This document shows positions 15,570 to 23,385 of a stretch of DNA of 32,000 bases, in pieces. Source of the stretch: Candidatus Iainarchaeum sp. (GTDB lineage Archaea > Iainarchaeota > Iainarchaeia > Iainarchaeales > GCA-2688035); NCBI GenBank assembly GCA_028713935.1, contig JAQTNI010000007.1, positions 1 to 32,000 of the forward strand, read 5' to 3'. A program made the translations under genes and the position numbers. The notes under the pieces are model-generated. The model was given only the letters and a program-made list of their open reading frames with translations. It ran no database searches and had not been told where the DNA came from. How positions within the stretch are numbered: position 1 is the stretch's first letter; each line of letters opens with the position of its first letter.

Positions 15570-15610
15570 TTTTTTTTAATTTTACTTTCAAATTTTTTCT
15601 TTTTTGATTT

Positions 15611-16324
15611 TTGGGTGTTTGTTTGCCGCTTGTTTTTAAGGGATTGCAGAAAACCACTTTGATTGATTTTCCTGGGCAGATTGCCTGCACTTTTTTCCTG
15701 CCAAAATGCAATTTCAAATGCGGTTTTTGTTATAACCCAAACCTTGTTTTTGATGAGGAAACAGGCACAAGAATTTCCGAAAAAGAGGCTCTTGCTTTTC
15801 TTGATGAAAGAAAAAACTTTTTGGACGGGGTATGCATTTCCGGCGGAGAGCCCACTCTGCATCCAGGCCTTCCGGAATTTTGTGCAAAAATCAAGGAAAA
15901 AGGCCTGCTTGTGAAGCTTGATACGAATGGTTCAAATCCTGAAATGTTGAAAAGCCTGATTGAAAAAAATCTTGTTGATTTTGTTGCAATGGACATCAAG
16001 GCTTCAAAGGAAAAATATTCCCTTGTTTGCGGGGCAAAAATTGATTTGGAAAAAATTTCCGAAAGCATTGGACTCATAAGAAAATCCGGAATTGATTATG
16101 AATTCAGGGCAACTGTTGTGCCATTGCTTGAAGAAAAAGACTTGTTGGAAATTGGCGAATGGCTTAAGGGAAGCAAAAAATTTGTTTTGCAGCAGTTCCA
16201 CAATGAAATGCCGCTTCTTGGAAAAAACCTGCAAAAGCTTTCCCCTTATTCTCCTGAACAATTAAAAAAATTTGCGGAAAAATTAAAGCCTTTTTTTGGA
16301 AAAATTGAAGTAAGGGGAATTTAG
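15611..16324 (+). CDS. nrdG: Anaerobic RNR activating protein (radical SAM)
   Basis: KGLQKTTLIDFPGQIACTFFLPKCNFKCGFCYNP (CxxxCxxC) and GVCISGGEPTL. The start is non-ATG; candidates are TTG 15611 or TTG 15623. Confidence 0.85.
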   Translation: MGVCLPLVFKGLQKTTLIDFPGQIACTFFLPKCNFKCGFCYNPNLVFDEETGTRISEKEALAFLDERKNFLDGVCISGGEPTLHPGLPEFCAKIKEKGLLVKLDTNGSNPEMLKSLIEKNLVDFVAMDIKASKEKYSLVCGAKIDLEKISESIGLIRKSGIDYEFRATVVPLLEEKDLLEIGEWLKGSKKFVLQQFHNEMPLLGKNLQKLSPYSPEQLKKFAEKLKPFFGKIEVRGI

Positions 16325-16374
16325 CTGAAAACAAGGCTTTTTTAAGGTTCTGGAACAATTTTTTATGTGGTTTT

Positions 16375-16659
16375 ATGCCTTCTAAAAAGCCTTTTCTTAA
16401 AAAGAAAAGCCTTGGGAAAAGAAAAGCAAATGAAAAGCAGGCTGGGCTTGTTACTGGGGAAATGACTTTTGCAGAGCTTACAAGCAGGCATCCTGCTGCT
16501 ATTCCAATTCTTTTTGAATATGGCTTGCACTGCATTGGCTGCCATGTTTCTGCTTTGGAGACAATTGAACAGGGCGCTCTGGCCCACGGCCTGTCAGAAG
16601 AGCAATTAAAAGAAATGCTTGGAAAAATCAATGGTGTTTCAAAAACTTCAAAAAATTAG
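16375..16659 (+). CDS. DUF1858-type redox-disulfide domain protein (CxxC) with a basic N-terminal extension
   Basis: MTFAELTSRHPAAIPILFEYGLHCIGCHVSALETIEQGALAHGLSEEQLKEMLGKIN matches the hybrid-cluster-protein-associated redox disulfide domain. The N-terminus is PSKKPFLKKKSLGKRKANEKQ. Confidence 0.65.
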   Translation: MPSKKPFLKKKSLGKRKANEKQAGLVTGEMTFAELTSRHPAAIPILFEYGLHCIGCHVSALETIEQGALAHGLSEEQLKEMLGKINGVSKTSKN

Positions 16660-16671
16660 CAAGGTGGTTCA

Positions 16672-16851
16672 ATGGAAAGGCCCTATATTGATTATGGAAA
16701 ATGCAATGGCTGCGGGACATGCATAAATGTCTGCCCTGTAAGCGTTTTTGCAAAGGAAGCCAAGAAAACAGTTGTAAAAAACCCCAGCGAGTGCATTCAA
16801 TGCAGGGCTTGCGAAGCGAGCTGTCCGCAGAAGGCAATTCAGGTAAAGTAA
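16672..16851 (+). CDS. 2x[4Fe-4S] ferredoxin (59 aa; below the ORF-track cutoff)
   Basis: MERPYIDYGKCNGCGTCINVCPVSVFAKEAKKTVVKNPSECIQCRACEASCPQKAIQVK has two canonical CxxCxxCxxxCP motifs. AAGGTGG lies 4 nt upstream of the ATG. Confidence 0.75.
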   Translation: MERPYIDYGKCNGCGTCINVCPVSVFAKEAKKTVVKNPSECIQCRACEASCPQKAIQVK

Positions 16852-16926
16852 CTGATTTATTGTGGAATCAGAAGGCATTAGCGGTTTTATTAAGATTCTA
16901 GAGTTTCTTTCTTTTGGCAACTTACA

Positions 16927-16953
16927 TTTTCTTTCTTTTTCAAAGAAAGAAAA
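16927..16953. other. Perfect 12-bp pyrimidine/purine hairpin between the ferredoxin and the beta-CASP gene
   Basis: TTTTCTTTCTTT-TTC-AAAGAAAGAAAA. It resembles the hairpins at 30881-30903 and 21822-41. It may be a terminator or a processing signal. Confidence 0.4.
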
Positions 16954-16972
16954 GGCAGGTTTAGTGTAATGC

Positions 16973-18247
16973 ATGCATGAAATTTTTTTTACTGCGCTTG
17001 GTGGAGCCAAAGAAGTTGGCAAAAGCTCTCTTTTAATTGATTATGGCGAAAAAATCCTTTTTGACAGGGGAGTAAAATTAAATGCAAGGAAAACAGAGTA
17101 TCCCTTGCCTGTCACAACAAATCTTGATGCAGTTATAATTTCACATGCACATTTGGACCATAGCGGAAGCCTGCCGCACCTGTTTTTGCAGTCCAATGTA
17201 ATAAGCTTTTTGACTGTTTCAACTCTTGACCTTGCAAAATTGCTCTGGTTTGACTCTTTGAAAATCGCAGGCTTGGAGTCAATGGCTCCTGAATGGACAA
17301 AAGAAGAAATTCATAAGGCTGAAAAATTTTCTTTTCCGACCCATTACAAAAAAAATATTCAGATAACAAAAGAAGCGCATCTCGAGTTTTTTGATGCGGG
17401 GCATATTCTTGGAAGCGCTATTTCTGTGCTTTCGCTTAAGCGCCAGAAAATTGTTTATACTGGGGATTTCAAGTTTTTGGAAACAAGGCTTCATCATGGC
17501 GCAGACTTAAGCAGGATTAAAAACACTGATATCCTGATAACAGAGTCAACTTATGGAGACAGGGAACATCCTCCAAGAAAAGAAGTTGAAAAGCTTTTTG
17601 TTGAAAAAGTTGTGGACACTCTTGATAAAGGCGGGCATGTTCTTGTGCCTGCTTTTGCAATTGGCAGGAGCCAGGAAATAATTGACATCTTGCATGAATA
17701 CAAAATCGGCGCGCCTGTTTTTTTTGACGGAATGGGCCAAAAGGCAGCAAAAATAATGCTTGACCATCCAGACCTGCTTAAAGATGCGCGTTTTCTAAGG
17801 AAAGCGCTTTCAAATGCAATCTGGGTCAGGAATCCTTCTTTCAGGAAAAAAGCCTTGAAAGAGCCGAGCGTTATTGTTACAACTGCTGGCATGCTTTCCG
17901 GAGGCCCGGTTGGTTATTACCTGAAAGAAATTTACAAGAACAGTGACAGTGCTGTTCTTCTCACTGGCTATCAGGTTGAGGGAACTCCTGGCAGGCAGTT
18001 GCTTGAAACAGGCAAAATTGAGGTTGATGGTTCCCTTCTTGATGTTGCCGCCCATGTTGAAAAATTTGATTTTTCAGCGCATGCTGACCAGGCTGAAAGC
18101 ATCCAGGCAATAAGAAAGCTTTCGCCAAAAAAAATTGTCCTTGTCCATGGTGATGCAGAAGTGATGCCTGTTTTTAAAAAGAAAATACTGGAAGAAACAG
18201 GCATTGAAACAGTTGTTCCAAGCATTGGCGAAAGAATAAAATTGTAG
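16973..18247 (+). CDS. MBL-fold beta-CASP ribonuclease (aCPSF2-like, no KH domains)
   Basis: GGAKEVGKSSLLIDYG, ISHAHLDHSGSLP (HxHxDH), FDAGHILGSA, TESTYG, and the C-terminal HGD motif VLVHGD. Confidence 0.85.
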   Translation: MHEIFFTALGGAKEVGKSSLLIDYGEKILFDRGVKLNARKTEYPLPVTTNLDAVIISHAHLDHSGSLPHLFLQSNVISFLTVSTLDLAKLLWFDSLKIAGLESMAPEWTKEEIHKAEKFSFPTHYKKNIQITKEAHLEFFDAGHILGSAISVLSLKRQKIVYTGDFKFLETRLHHGADLSRIKNTDILITESTYGDREHPPRKEVEKLFVEKVVDTLDKGGHVLVPAFAIGRSQEIIDILHEYKIGAPVFFDGMGQKAAKIMLDHPDLLKDARFLRKALSNAIWVRNPSFRKKALKEPSVIVTTAGMLSGGPVGYYLKEIYKNSDSAVLLTGYQVEGTPGRQLLETGKIEVDGSLLDVAAHVEKFDFSAHADQAESIQAIRKLSPKKIVLVHGDAEVMPVFKKKILEETGIETVVPSIGERIKL

Positions 18248-18248
18248 T

Positions 18249-19052
18249 TTGAACATATTTGAAATAGTTTTTATGACAATTTTACGCATTTTACTCGAAT
18301 CACTTGTTTTGCTGAAAAGCCAGCCCAAGCTTTTTTTGCCAAAAATAATAGTCGCCTTTTTATTCGGGGCTGCGCTGCTGTTAACCGCACAATTGTTCCT
18401 GAAAGGGCCTTTAACCCAGGCTCTTTCTCCAAATTATAATTTTTGCAGTGAATTGGATTGCGTTACGTTTATTGCAGAAACACTTTTGCTCCTGGTTTTT
18501 ATTTCCATTATTATCATCATAGATATTTTTACAAATGCCATGTATCCCGCAATGGTAAGGGATTTTTTCAATAAAAAGAAAATTTCTTTCAGGTCTGCTT
18601 TTGGCTCGCTTAAGGGCAAAAAAATCAAGATTTTTTTGTCAATAATCCTGATTGAATTGCTGCTCTGGCTTCCGTTTGTTTTGCTTGCAGAAGTCCTGAT
18701 TTTTACAAACAATAAGCTGTTTTTATATCTTTTTATAGTGGTTTTCCTTGTAATTTACCTTGCGCTTGCAACTATTTTTTATTTCGCATACCCTGTGCTT
18801 GTTATTGGCGAAAATTTTTTCCTTAAAATGTTTTCTGAAGCCTTCAGGATGAGCCATGGAAAGGGCTCAAAAATCATTGTTTTTTCTTTTCTGCCTTTTT
18901 TCATTTCAATTCTAAGTTTTTTATTGGCTTTTCTTGCAAGAGACCCTGGCTTTCTTTTGTTGTTTATCCTGGTTCGTTTCTTAATGGCTTTGCTGCAGAC
19001 CTATCACATGGTTTTGAATCCAAGCATTTTTTTGAAATACTCCGAATTATAG
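18249..19052 (+). CDS. Polytopic membrane protein of unknown function
   Basis: 267 aa with 5-6 hydrophobic spans and coding-like periodicity. It abuts the next gene. TTG start. Confidence 0.5.
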   Translation: MNIFEIVFMTILRILLESLVLLKSQPKLFLPKIIVAFLFGAALLLTAQLFLKGPLTQALSPNYNFCSELDCVTFIAETLLLLVFISIIIIIDIFTNAMYPAMVRDFFNKKKISFRSAFGSLKGKKIKIFLSIILIELLLWLPFVLLAEVLIFTNNKLFLYLFIVVFLVIYLALATIFYFAYPVLVIGENFFLKMFSEAFRMSHGKGSKIIVFSFLPFFISILSFLLAFLARDPGFLLLFILVRFLMALLQTYHMVLNPSIFLKYSEL

Positions 19053-19061
19053 GTGAAAAAA

Positions 19062-19757
19062 ATGTCTGCTTTGTTCTGCCCTGGCTGCGGCTCCACTAAT
19101 GGCCCTTTTTTCAAGGGCTTATGCAGGGATTGTTTTCTGAAAAAGCATTCCCTTTTTGAGCTTCCGCCAAAAACAGTGATTAAGCGCTGCAAAACCTGCG
19201 GAAGAATACTTTTTTTGGGAAAATGGCTGAACCAGGAAAACAGCCTGCTTGAAAAAATAATTGAAAAAAACATGAAAATTTTTGAATTGGAAAATCCAAA
19301 GCTTAAGATTTCCTTTTCTCCGGAAGAAAAAGGAAAAATCCTTGCAAAAGCCGCTCTTTCCGGAGAAATCTGCTCAAATAAAATTGAACAGGAAAAAGAG
19401 GCGATTATTGAATTCACGAGCAGCCTTTGCGATTCCTGCATGAAAGTTGTTTCAAATTATTACGAGGCGACAATACAGCTGCGGTTTGAAAAAAAAGAAA
19501 CCGGAGAAAAAATTGTTGCAGAAATTGAAAAGCTGCTTTCTTCGCTTTCAGGCGAGGATTTGCTTGCAAAAATTGTTTCCGCAAAAAAGCAAAAAACCGG
19601 GATTGATTTGGTGTTAGGGTCTAACAAGAGCGCTTCAAAAATAGCAAAGGCAATTGCCACAAAGTACAATGCAAAATTAGTTGTCTCATACAAGCAGGCA
19701 AAAGGCGGAACAAGGGACGAAGCAAAAAAAAGATTCACTTACTGCATAAGAATTTGA
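19062..19757 (+). CDS. NMD3-family (ribosome biogenesis / export adaptor homologue) Zn-ribbon protein
   Basis: MSALFCPGCGSTNGPFFKGLCRDCFLKK...KRCKTCGRI...LCDSCMK is the NMD3 N-terminal Cys-cluster layout. AGGTGA lies 5 nt upstream of ATG 19062. It is shorter than typical archaeal NMD3. Confidence 0.5.
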   Translation: MSALFCPGCGSTNGPFFKGLCRDCFLKKHSLFELPPKTVIKRCKTCGRILFLGKWLNQENSLLEKIIEKNMKIFELENPKLKISFSPEEKGKILAKAALSGEICSNKIEQEKEAIIEFTSSLCDSCMKVVSNYYEATIQLRFEKKETGEKIVAEIEKLLSSLSGEDLLAKIVSAKKQKTGIDLVLGSNKSASKIAKAIATKYNAKLVVSYKQAKGGTRDEAKKRFTYCIRI

Positions 19758-19764
19758 GTCCTGT

Positions 19765-20475
19765 TTATGCTTCGAATTTTTTTAGTGCCGCAATTATTTC
19801 TTCAACGGGTTTTTTTGTTATTATTACAGGGATTTTTTCGGATTCGGCTATTTTTATTGCAATAGGGTCAACTGTTTCGGCTTCAAGGTTTCCGTGCAGG
19901 ACAACTATTGCGGGTTTCATGTCAGTGCTGAACCTGCCGATTTTGACTGCAATCAATGGGCTTCTGCCGTTTTCAACAAACCTGAAAATCAGTGCCCTTT
20001 CTGGTGTTTTGCCGTACAAAAGCATGTATTCGTGCACTGGAATCTCAAGGATTACTTTTAATGAATCAATAATGCTGTAACCATAAATCTGTGTTTCTTT
20101 CAGCCTTGAGGGATTTGCAACGCATTGCCCTTCAATTATTTTTGCGAATTCAGGGCCTTTTAATGCCGAGCCAAATTCGTGTGCCTGGAATGCTGCTTCT
20201 TTCGGCTTAAAGTCCTTGTCAAGTTGCTTTACAATTTTTCCGCCGCGGTTCTTGTCTATTTCCATTAAGGCTGAAACAAGCCTGCTAATTATCCCTATGC
20301 CTGGGCTTTTTCTCCTGCCTCCTTCATAATCGGAAATAGTGCTGTTGCTTACTTTTAAAAAATCAGCCAGTTCTGTCTGTGAAATTCCGAATATTTCGCG
20401 CCATTTTTTCATGCTTCCGCCAGGGTCTTTGCTCAGGCAGATTTCCCCTGCAATAGTATTTTCCAATTGGTCCAT
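19765..20475 (-). CDS. XRE/Cro-type HTH transcriptional regulator with a C-terminal alpha/beta domain
   Basis: MKKWREIFGISQTELADFLKVSNSTISDYEGGRRKSP is a canonical XRE HTH. The layout is that of a conserved archaeal regulator. Confidence 0.7.
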   Translation of the reverse strand: MDQLENTIAGEICLSKDPGGSMKKWREIFGISQTELADFLKVSNSTISDYEGGRRKSPGIGIISRLVSALMEIDKNRGGKIVKQLDKDFKPKEAAFQAHEFGSALKGPEFAKIIEGQCVANPSRLKETQIYGYSIIDSLKVILEIPVHEYMLLYGKTPERALIFRFVENGRSPLIAVKIGRFSTDMKPAIVVLHGNLEAETVDPIAIKIAESEKIPVIITKKPVEEIIAALKKFEA

Positions 20476-20553
20476 AAATTCAACTCGGTTAGTAAATTAG
20501 GGCAAAACACGTTTTTAAGGCTTTCAATTCCAAAAAATTTTGCAATCAGGCAG

Positions 20554-20679
20554 TCAGCTGAACAATTCAAAAATTTTTACTAACAAATCGGGCCAAATAA
20601 AAAATAACACAAACATTGCAACAACTATGAGACAGACAATTATTGCAATTATTGTGTCAAAACCGCCTGATTTTCCCAA
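20554..20679 (-). CDS. Possible 41-aa single-TM peptide (TTG start); weak call
   Basis: (M)GKSGGFDTIIAIIVCLIVVAMFVLFFIWPDLLVKIFELFS. GAGGCGG lies 5 nt upstream of the TTG. There is no other support. Confidence 0.2.
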   Translation of the reverse strand: MGKSGGFDTIIAIIVCLIVVAMFVLFFIWPDLLVKIFELFS

Positions 20680-20800
20680 TGTTCCGCCTCTTTTGTTATA
20701 TTGTGGCTGGCTTGAATTTTAAAATTAGTGGTTTACACTCAAGTTTAAAATCTCTTTTGCCCCTGATGTTAATAGCAAATAAAAATTAGGGTGGTTAAAA

Positions 20801-21673
20801 ATGTGGGAATTTGTTTATCTGTTTTTTCTGATTGCAGTAATAGTCGTGGTTTTTGCTTTATCCATAAAAATTGTCAGGCCAACTCAAAGAGGGCTGGTTG
20901 AAAGGCTTGGAAAATATCATCATTATGCTGGCCAGGGAATTCACTTTTTGATTCCGTTTGTGGATGCAATAGTCAGGGTCAACATTACTGAACAAATGGT
21001 TGATGCCCAGCAGCAGGAAGTCATTACAAAGGACAATCTTAATGCAAAGGTTGATGCCCAGATTTATTTTAAGGTTCAGGATTTGGAAGAAGGAGTGAAA
21101 AGAAGCCAGTACAAGGTGAACAATTACCAGGTTCAAATCGTGTCGCTTGCAAGAACCACTCTCAGGAATATTATTGGCCAATTGTCTTTTGAAGAAGTCA
21201 ATTCAATGAGAGACAAGTTAAACCAGGAACTTGCGAAAGCGCTTGACAAGGAAACAGCAACCTGGGGAATTTCTGTTGTAAGGTCTGAATTAAAAGAAAT
21301 CCAACCTCCACAAGATGTCCAGGAAACAATGAACAAGGTTTTGATTGCAAAGAATTCCAAAATAGCGGCAATTGATTTTGCAACTGCAAAAGAAACAGAA
21401 GCAGACGGCTTCAAAAGGGCTGCAATAAGGCAGGCAGAAGGCCAGAAAACCGCGGAAATTTTAACTGCAGAAGGCCAGGCAAAAGCCATAGAACTTGTCA
21501 ACAAGGCAGCTGATGCCTATTTCAAGGGAAACGCAGTTGACCTCAAAAAACTTGAAACATTGCAGTCAACATTGAAGGACAACAGCAAAATAATTGTTTC
21601 AAGCGATTTGCCAATAATGGAACTGATTTCAAAAATAGCAGCAGTAAAAGAAAACAGGAAAAAAACAAAATAG
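20801..21673 (+). CDS. SPFH/Band-7 (stomatin/prohibitin-like) membrane protein
   Basis: N-terminal TM, then VRPTQRGLVERLGKYHHYAGQGIHFLIPFVDAIVRVN...VITKDNLNAKVDAQIYFKV. The C-terminus is an Ala/Glu/Lys coiled coil. Confidence 0.85.
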   Translation: MWEFVYLFFLIAVIVVVFALSIKIVRPTQRGLVERLGKYHHYAGQGIHFLIPFVDAIVRVNITEQMVDAQQQEVITKDNLNAKVDAQIYFKVQDLEEGVKRSQYKVNNYQVQIVSLARTTLRNIIGQLSFEEVNSMRDKLNQELAKALDKETATWGISVVRSELKEIQPPQDVQETMNKVLIAKNSKIAAIDFATAKETEADGFKRAAIRQAEGQKTAEILTAEGQAKAIELVNKAADAYFKGNAVDLKKLETLQSTLKDNSKIIVSSDLPIMELISKIAAVKENRKKTK

Positions 21674-21698
21674 CCCTTTTCTGATTAAGAAAAATTAG

Positions 21699-21884
21699 CG
21701 GACCCGGTGGGATTTGAACCCACGACCCCCGCCTCGCTCCAGCTTTTTTTAATAAAAAACAATCTGGGAATTTTTTTTAACAAAACCAGTTTTTCGAAGA
21801 AAAACTGCTCTTTTCCCAGGGCTTTTCTCTTCAGAGAAAAGGCCTTAGGAGTGCGGTGCCCTATCCAGGCTAGGCTACAGGTCC
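21699..21884 (-). tRNA. tRNA-Arg(CCU) interrupted by a 111-nt intron at the canonical 37/38 position
   Basis: Minus strand reads GGACCUG UA GCCU AGCCUGGAUA GGGC A CCGCA CUCCUA|intron|A GGCGG GGGUC GUGGG UUCAAAU CCCAC CGGGUCC G. The exons total 75 nt and CCA is not encoded. The 31-39 pair is an A.G mismatch. Confidence 0.8.
21735..21845 (-). other. tRNA-Arg intron (BHB-type, 111 nt, highly structured)
   Basis: The 4-bp central helix is CUCC(32-35)/GGAG. It is flanked by the 3-nt bulges UA|A and CG|A. The outer helix is GGC.UUUU/AAAA.GCU. Internal hairpins are CUUUUCUC-UGAA-GAGAAAAG, CUGGGAA...UUCCCAG and CAGUUUUUC-UUC-GAAAAACUG (GAA on the plus strand). Confidence 0.7.
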
Positions 21885-22128
21885 ATGTTATTAATTTTGT
21901 AATGAATTTGTTTAAAAATGCTTATATGCGTGATTTGTCAATTTCCTTCTTTATTTTTTCCTGTATTATTTCTAGTTCGCCTGGGTTTGCGCGGGAAAAT
22001 AATTCTGGGTTGAATAGTTCATTTGATTTGTGCAATGGCACTAAGTGGAGATGTGCGTGCGGCACTGAAAATCCGACTATAACCATGCCAATTCTCTTTG
22101 CATTCATGGCTTTTTTTAGTGCCTTCCG

Positions 22129-22823
22129 CGAGAACCCCTGATACGCTTTAGCGTATGGATGAATCGCGGTCTTTTTCTACAATTTAACTGTTGTTTTTAT
22201 TGCAAGAAACGACAGTGGCGCGTCCGCCTTCGGCGGAAGCGCTTTACAATCTATTTTGTATAGCGGAAGCTTTCAAAAAGGTTTCTGTTTCTTGCAGGAA
22301 GTGTTTTGTATGGCTAGTTTTACTTTGTTTGAATCTGCGCATTGTGTTGGAGAGTCAAATCTGCATTTGCAGTTCACTCCAAAATACAGGAAGCCTGTTT
22401 TTGAAGATGAAGTTGTGAGAAAAGCCTGTGAACTGGCCTTTCAAGGAGTAGCGGCACAACTCAAAGTTGTTTTGTCTGGAATCGGTTTTGGCCCAGACCA
22501 TGCGCATCTGTTTGTTAAAAACTGGAAAAACTACAGCATAGTGGAGTTGGCGCGAAGATTCAAAGGCGCGGTTTCTCATGCACTCAGAAAAGCGTATCCT
22601 GAGCGACTGCAAAAATACTTGTGGGGCAATGCTTTTTGGACAGGTGGATATTTCTATCGCACGGTAGGAGCAGTAACTGTGCAAGCAATGAGAAAATATG
22701 TAATAGAAAGCCAGCAAAAACACTGGAAAAAAACAAACACAGTATCAGAGCAAACAACACTAATGCACTTCAACTAGACTGCCGGACTCACGACTCGGCG
22801 GGCTTTAGCCCGCCGTAGTTCAA
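22129..22823 (+). mobile_element. IS200/IS605-family insertion sequence (IS200 type, tnpA only); left boundary approximate
   Basis: About 0.7 kb carrying a Y1 transposase. Subterminal hairpins are ATACGC-TTTA-GCGTAT (22141-56), GCGCgTCCGCC-TTC-GGCGGAaGCGC (22218-42) and CGGCGGGC-TTTA-GCCCGCCG (22796-815). TCAA follows at 22820-23, then the HIT codon-aligned flank resumes. There are no terminal inverted repeats, as expected for this family. Confidence 0.75.
22310..22777 (+). CDS. tnpA: IS200/IS605 family Y1 (HUH) transposase TnpA
   Basis: MASFTLFESAHCVGESNLHLQFTPKYRKPVF (HUH), GPDHAHLFV and WGNAFWTGGYFYRTVG (catalytic Tyr region). ATG 22310 is preferred over the track start 22256. Confidence 0.85.
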   Translation: MASFTLFESAHCVGESNLHLQFTPKYRKPVFEDEVVRKACELAFQGVAAQLKVVLSGIGFGPDHAHLFVKNWKNYSIVELARRFKGAVSHALRKAYPERLQKYLWGNAFWTGGYFYRTVGAVTVQAMRKYVIESQQKHWKKTNTVSEQTTLMHFN

Positions 22824-23385
22824 TGGTTTGGATAATTTTTTTGCAGACTGAAAAAGAGCTTCATACAATTGTTCATCTAAATCAAATATGTCTTCTGTGT
22901 GCTGCTTTGGAATTATCATCAAGTGCCCAGGCTTTGCAGGCGCAATATCAAGCAGTGCAATAAAATTGGAATTTTCCCAGACAATATAATCCAAAGTTTT
23001 GCCTTCAATTATTTCGCAAAATTTGCATTTTGGCATTTTAAGTCAATCCAGTATTGTTAAGAGCCGAGAATTCTGCGGTTTATGCTGAAATGGAGCCTTT
23101 GTGCCCGCAGACGAATAAGCAATATCTGTTAATCCATTATTTTGATACTTTTCTTCGTCTAGCCCTTGGTTTTGCAGCAGACCTTAGTGCGCGCATAACA
23201 GATGGCGGAAGTGGTTTTCTGACAATCGCTATTTGTTCAGGCGTAAGTACTCTTCTAAAGCCTGGTGCGAAACGCGGGCCTTTGATAAGTGCCCACAACT
23301 TTGCTGTAGTTGGTCTTCTCATGTTTCTTGACATTCTTTATCACCATAGTTATCTGTGGATATTCAACAATATATTTCTTTCTTT

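Larger units (their letters stand above)
21922..23036 (-). pseudogene. HIT-family (histidine triad) hydrolase gene split by an IS200-type insertion
   Basis: The N-terminal part (22824..23036) is MPKCKFCEIIEGKTLDYIVWENSNFIALLDIAPAKPGHLMIIPKQH...SAKKLSKP. The C-terminal part (21922..~22128) is ..RKALKKAMNAKRIGMVIVGFSVPHAHLHLVPL, which carries the HxHxH triad. Both lie on the same strand and in compatible frames, separated by about 695 bp. Confidence 0.8.

Noticed and set aside
15467-16631. Minus-strand ORFs 15467..15862, 15730..16077, 16004..16261 and 16164..16631
   Set aside because: They are antisense to the nrdD mini-ORF, nrdG and DUF1858 genes, and none has a recognisable motif.
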